This document shows, piece after piece, positions 62,522 to 64,000 of a DNA stretch of 64,000 nt. The notes under the pieces are model-generated. The model did no database searches and had not been told where the DNA came from. It saw only the letters and a list, made by a program, of their open reading frames with translations. This stretch comes from a virus, in the IMG/VR virus record IMGVR_UViG_3300044710_000077, positions 9,112 to 73,111 of that record. The stretch is one strand, 5' to 3'. The stretch's first letter is position 1. Each line of letters begins with the position of its first letter. The position numbers and the translations under genes are program-made.

Positions 62522-63225
62522 CACACTTTCCCCAGGCTGTCGATATTGATTTTGTGGACGACAAAGGACAGGGCGACAACCCATGGGTTTTCGTCCCAGG
62601 CGCCGGGGCCGTGCAGCGATTTCCATAGTTCCCCGAACGCTTGGCGCGGGTCGCTGAATCCGCGGCGCGCGTGCGGCTTATCCAGGGCTGGCGTTCCGTA
62701 TCGAGCCGCTAGAGGCCCGCTGGCCATCGGGTCGCGCGAATGGTCCCAATAAATTCCTTCCGCCTTGGCGTCGGCTTCGCTGATATCCTGTAGTCGCTCG
62801 ATTTTCGTGGCCGTCACGACCAGCGTCAGGCGCGACGCGCGACGCGGCATGTGGATAGGCGAAACCCACGGCTTCATTTCGACGTCGCTGGTGGCGGCGT
62901 AGCAAAAGGCTTCCGCCGTGGTCGGGTTGCCACTGGCATCCACCGGCGGCATTTCGGCCACGTCATACTGGAAGGTTTCGCGCACCCATAAACGATCCCC
63001 GACCCGCACCTTTTGCCAGCCGGTCATCGTCCAGTAGGTTCCGACCGGGTGCCGGCTCATGTCCAGGCGCGGGTGCGGATACCGCAGATTGAAAGTCGCC
63101 GACGCCGGGATAATCCCGCCCTTGGCGTGACGCTCGGCGTACAGCAGCCGGCGCGTGTTCGTTTTCAGGCCATCCCATGCGGCGCGGACCATCGGGGCCG
63201 ACAGTAAAATGGGCTTGTCGGTCAC
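62521..63225 (-). CDS. ASCH/PUA-like phage protein
   Basis: PILLSAPMVRA...G.KT.TRR, GDRLWVRETF, PIHMPR.ASRLTL, ERLQDISEADA.AEG, W..NPWV. Confidence 0.85.
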   Translation of the reverse strand: MTDKPILLSAPMVRAAWDGLKTNTRRLLYAERHAKGGIIPASATFNLRYPHPRLDMSRHPVGTYWTMTGWQKVRVGDRLWVRETFQYDVAEMPPVDASGNPTTAEAFCYAATSDVEMKPWVSPIHMPRRASRLTLVVTATKIERLQDISEADAKAEGIYWDHSRDPMASGPLAARYGTPALDKPHARRGFSDPRQAFGELWKSLHGPGAWDENPWVVALSFVVHKINIDSLGKV

Positions 63226-63836
63226 GCGGCACCTTTAAGGGTAAGTAGATATTTTCGGAACATATCGGCCGTGCCATCGGCAAAAGCGCGCGGCGGCAAC
63301 TGACACATAGCTGATTTGATGCCTTCCGCAATATCGGCGACGCTCGCCGGTTCAGCGCGCCGGAACCAATCCAGCCGCGACGGCTTGCCAAGCTGAATCA
63401 TGGCGGTGTCACCAATCTGGAACGGCTTATATTCCGACGTCACCCATAGCGCCCAAACGCCTGGATTACGGTCGATTTGGATGGTCGACTCCGACCGCAC
63501 GCCTGGCGTGTCGGGGTCACGACGCCGCTGTGGGAACAGAATAAACGGGCACGTGCGAATTGCATATTGTGCGCAGTCCACATGCGATCCAGGCTCGCTT
63601 GTGACGCCGGTCACCGCCGATGACGGTCCACAAACGAAAGCGACATGGCGCCCCAACGTATCGCCGCAAATCCAGCAGCGCCGATGCTTGGCGCACCGCA
63701 GCCAATGGCTATTATCGACGACGCGAAAATCAGGCTTGCCGTCGACCGTGGCGACAAAGCGCGGAACTGGATAACCGCGTGCGTCGGTCGGCAATTTGGC
63801 AATTCGTGCCGGCATATCGTCGCGCGAAATGGTCAC
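63222..63836 (-). CDS. Conserved Cys/His hypothetical protein
   Basis: RGYPVP.FV, CWICG, H.DCA.YA...CPF. Confidence 0.7.
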   Translation of the reverse strand: MTISRDDMPARIAKLPTDARGYPVPRFVATVDGKPDFRVVDNSHWLRCAKHRRCWICGDTLGRHVAFVCGPSSAVTGVTSEPGSHVDCAQYAIRTCPFILFPQRRRDPDTPGVRSESTIQIDRNPGVWALWVTSEYKPFQIGDTAMIQLGKPSRLDWFRRAEPASVADIAEGIKSAMCQLPPRAFADGTADMFRKYLLTLKGAA

Positions 63837-64000
63837 GACACAAGCCCCTCGATCTGTTCATCGATTTCGGCCGGGTCCATGCCCAGTGCCTTCAACCGGC
63901 GCCGCACGCGCGCCTCGGCTTCCGCCTGACCCAGCTTTTGCACGTCGGCGCTATAGTCATCGCCGTTGGCCTCGTATTCGCCGATCCCGCGGTGGCTGCT
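63833..64000 (-). CDS. Hypothetical protein, C-terminal part (runs off window)
   Basis: Open frame ending ...LGMDPAEIDEQIEGLVS, GTGA-coupled to the next gene. Confidence 0.45.
   Translation of the reverse strand, partial: SSHRGIGEYEANGDDYSADVQKLGQAEAEARVRRRLKALGMDPAEIDEQIEGLVS

Larger units (their letters stand above)
1..64000. mobile_element. Myovirus-type (contractile-tailed) phage or prophage genome segment, probable alphaproteobacterial host
   Basis: Terminase, portal, capsid, sheath, tube, tape measure, baseplate J and lysis genes in canonical order; dense small ORFs; no housekeeping genes. Confidence 0.97.

Noticed and set aside
1-64000. Integrase, att sites or prophage boundaries
   Set aside because: None recognisable; both window ends fall inside phage-like genes, so lifestyle cannot be determined.

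Overview
The whole 64 kb window is GC-rich tailed-phage DNA, either a free phage or a prophage interior; no integrase or host genes are visible. An AADMPVKA-type outer-membrane protein, an ANDN...AA C-terminal tag and an IHF-like site suggest an alphaproteobacterial host, probably Hyphomicrobiales/Rhizobiales. Layout: (1) 1-7917 (+): recombination and DNA metabolism (SMC/SbcC-like ATPase end, RecE-like exonuclease, putative annealing protein, ExoX-like exonuclease, DUF5131). (2) 7914-55805 (-): a long late region running terS, terL, small ORFs, portal, small ORFs, scaffold, a 2 kb insert, major capsid, neck, contractile tail (sheath, tube, chaperone, tape measure, baseplate), two fibre-like genes and an extended lysis/envelope cassette (endolysin, OM beta-barrel, lipase, holin-like proteins, Cys/His peptidase). 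HNH, HNH-AP2 and EndoVII endonucleases and a reversed DNA methyltransferase interrupt it. (3) 56174-57956 (+): a small divergent block. (4) 58063-64000 (-): ParB-methyltransferase, Toprim-like, ASCH-like and small ORFs. Strongest leads: a CCA-ended tRNA-like RNA inside a structured non-coding block between scaffold and capsid genes; a signal-peptide-bearing fibre-like protein with an ssrA-like C-terminal tag and a signal-peptide-bearing chaperone; one ~90 aa module reused about 9 times in 5 virion genes; an FtsZ C-terminal-peptide mimic; a stand-alone biotin-carrier domain; a capsid-fragment-bearing small protein; and a +1/-2 tail-chaperone frameshift. All family calls come from motif recognition by eye, with no database searches.
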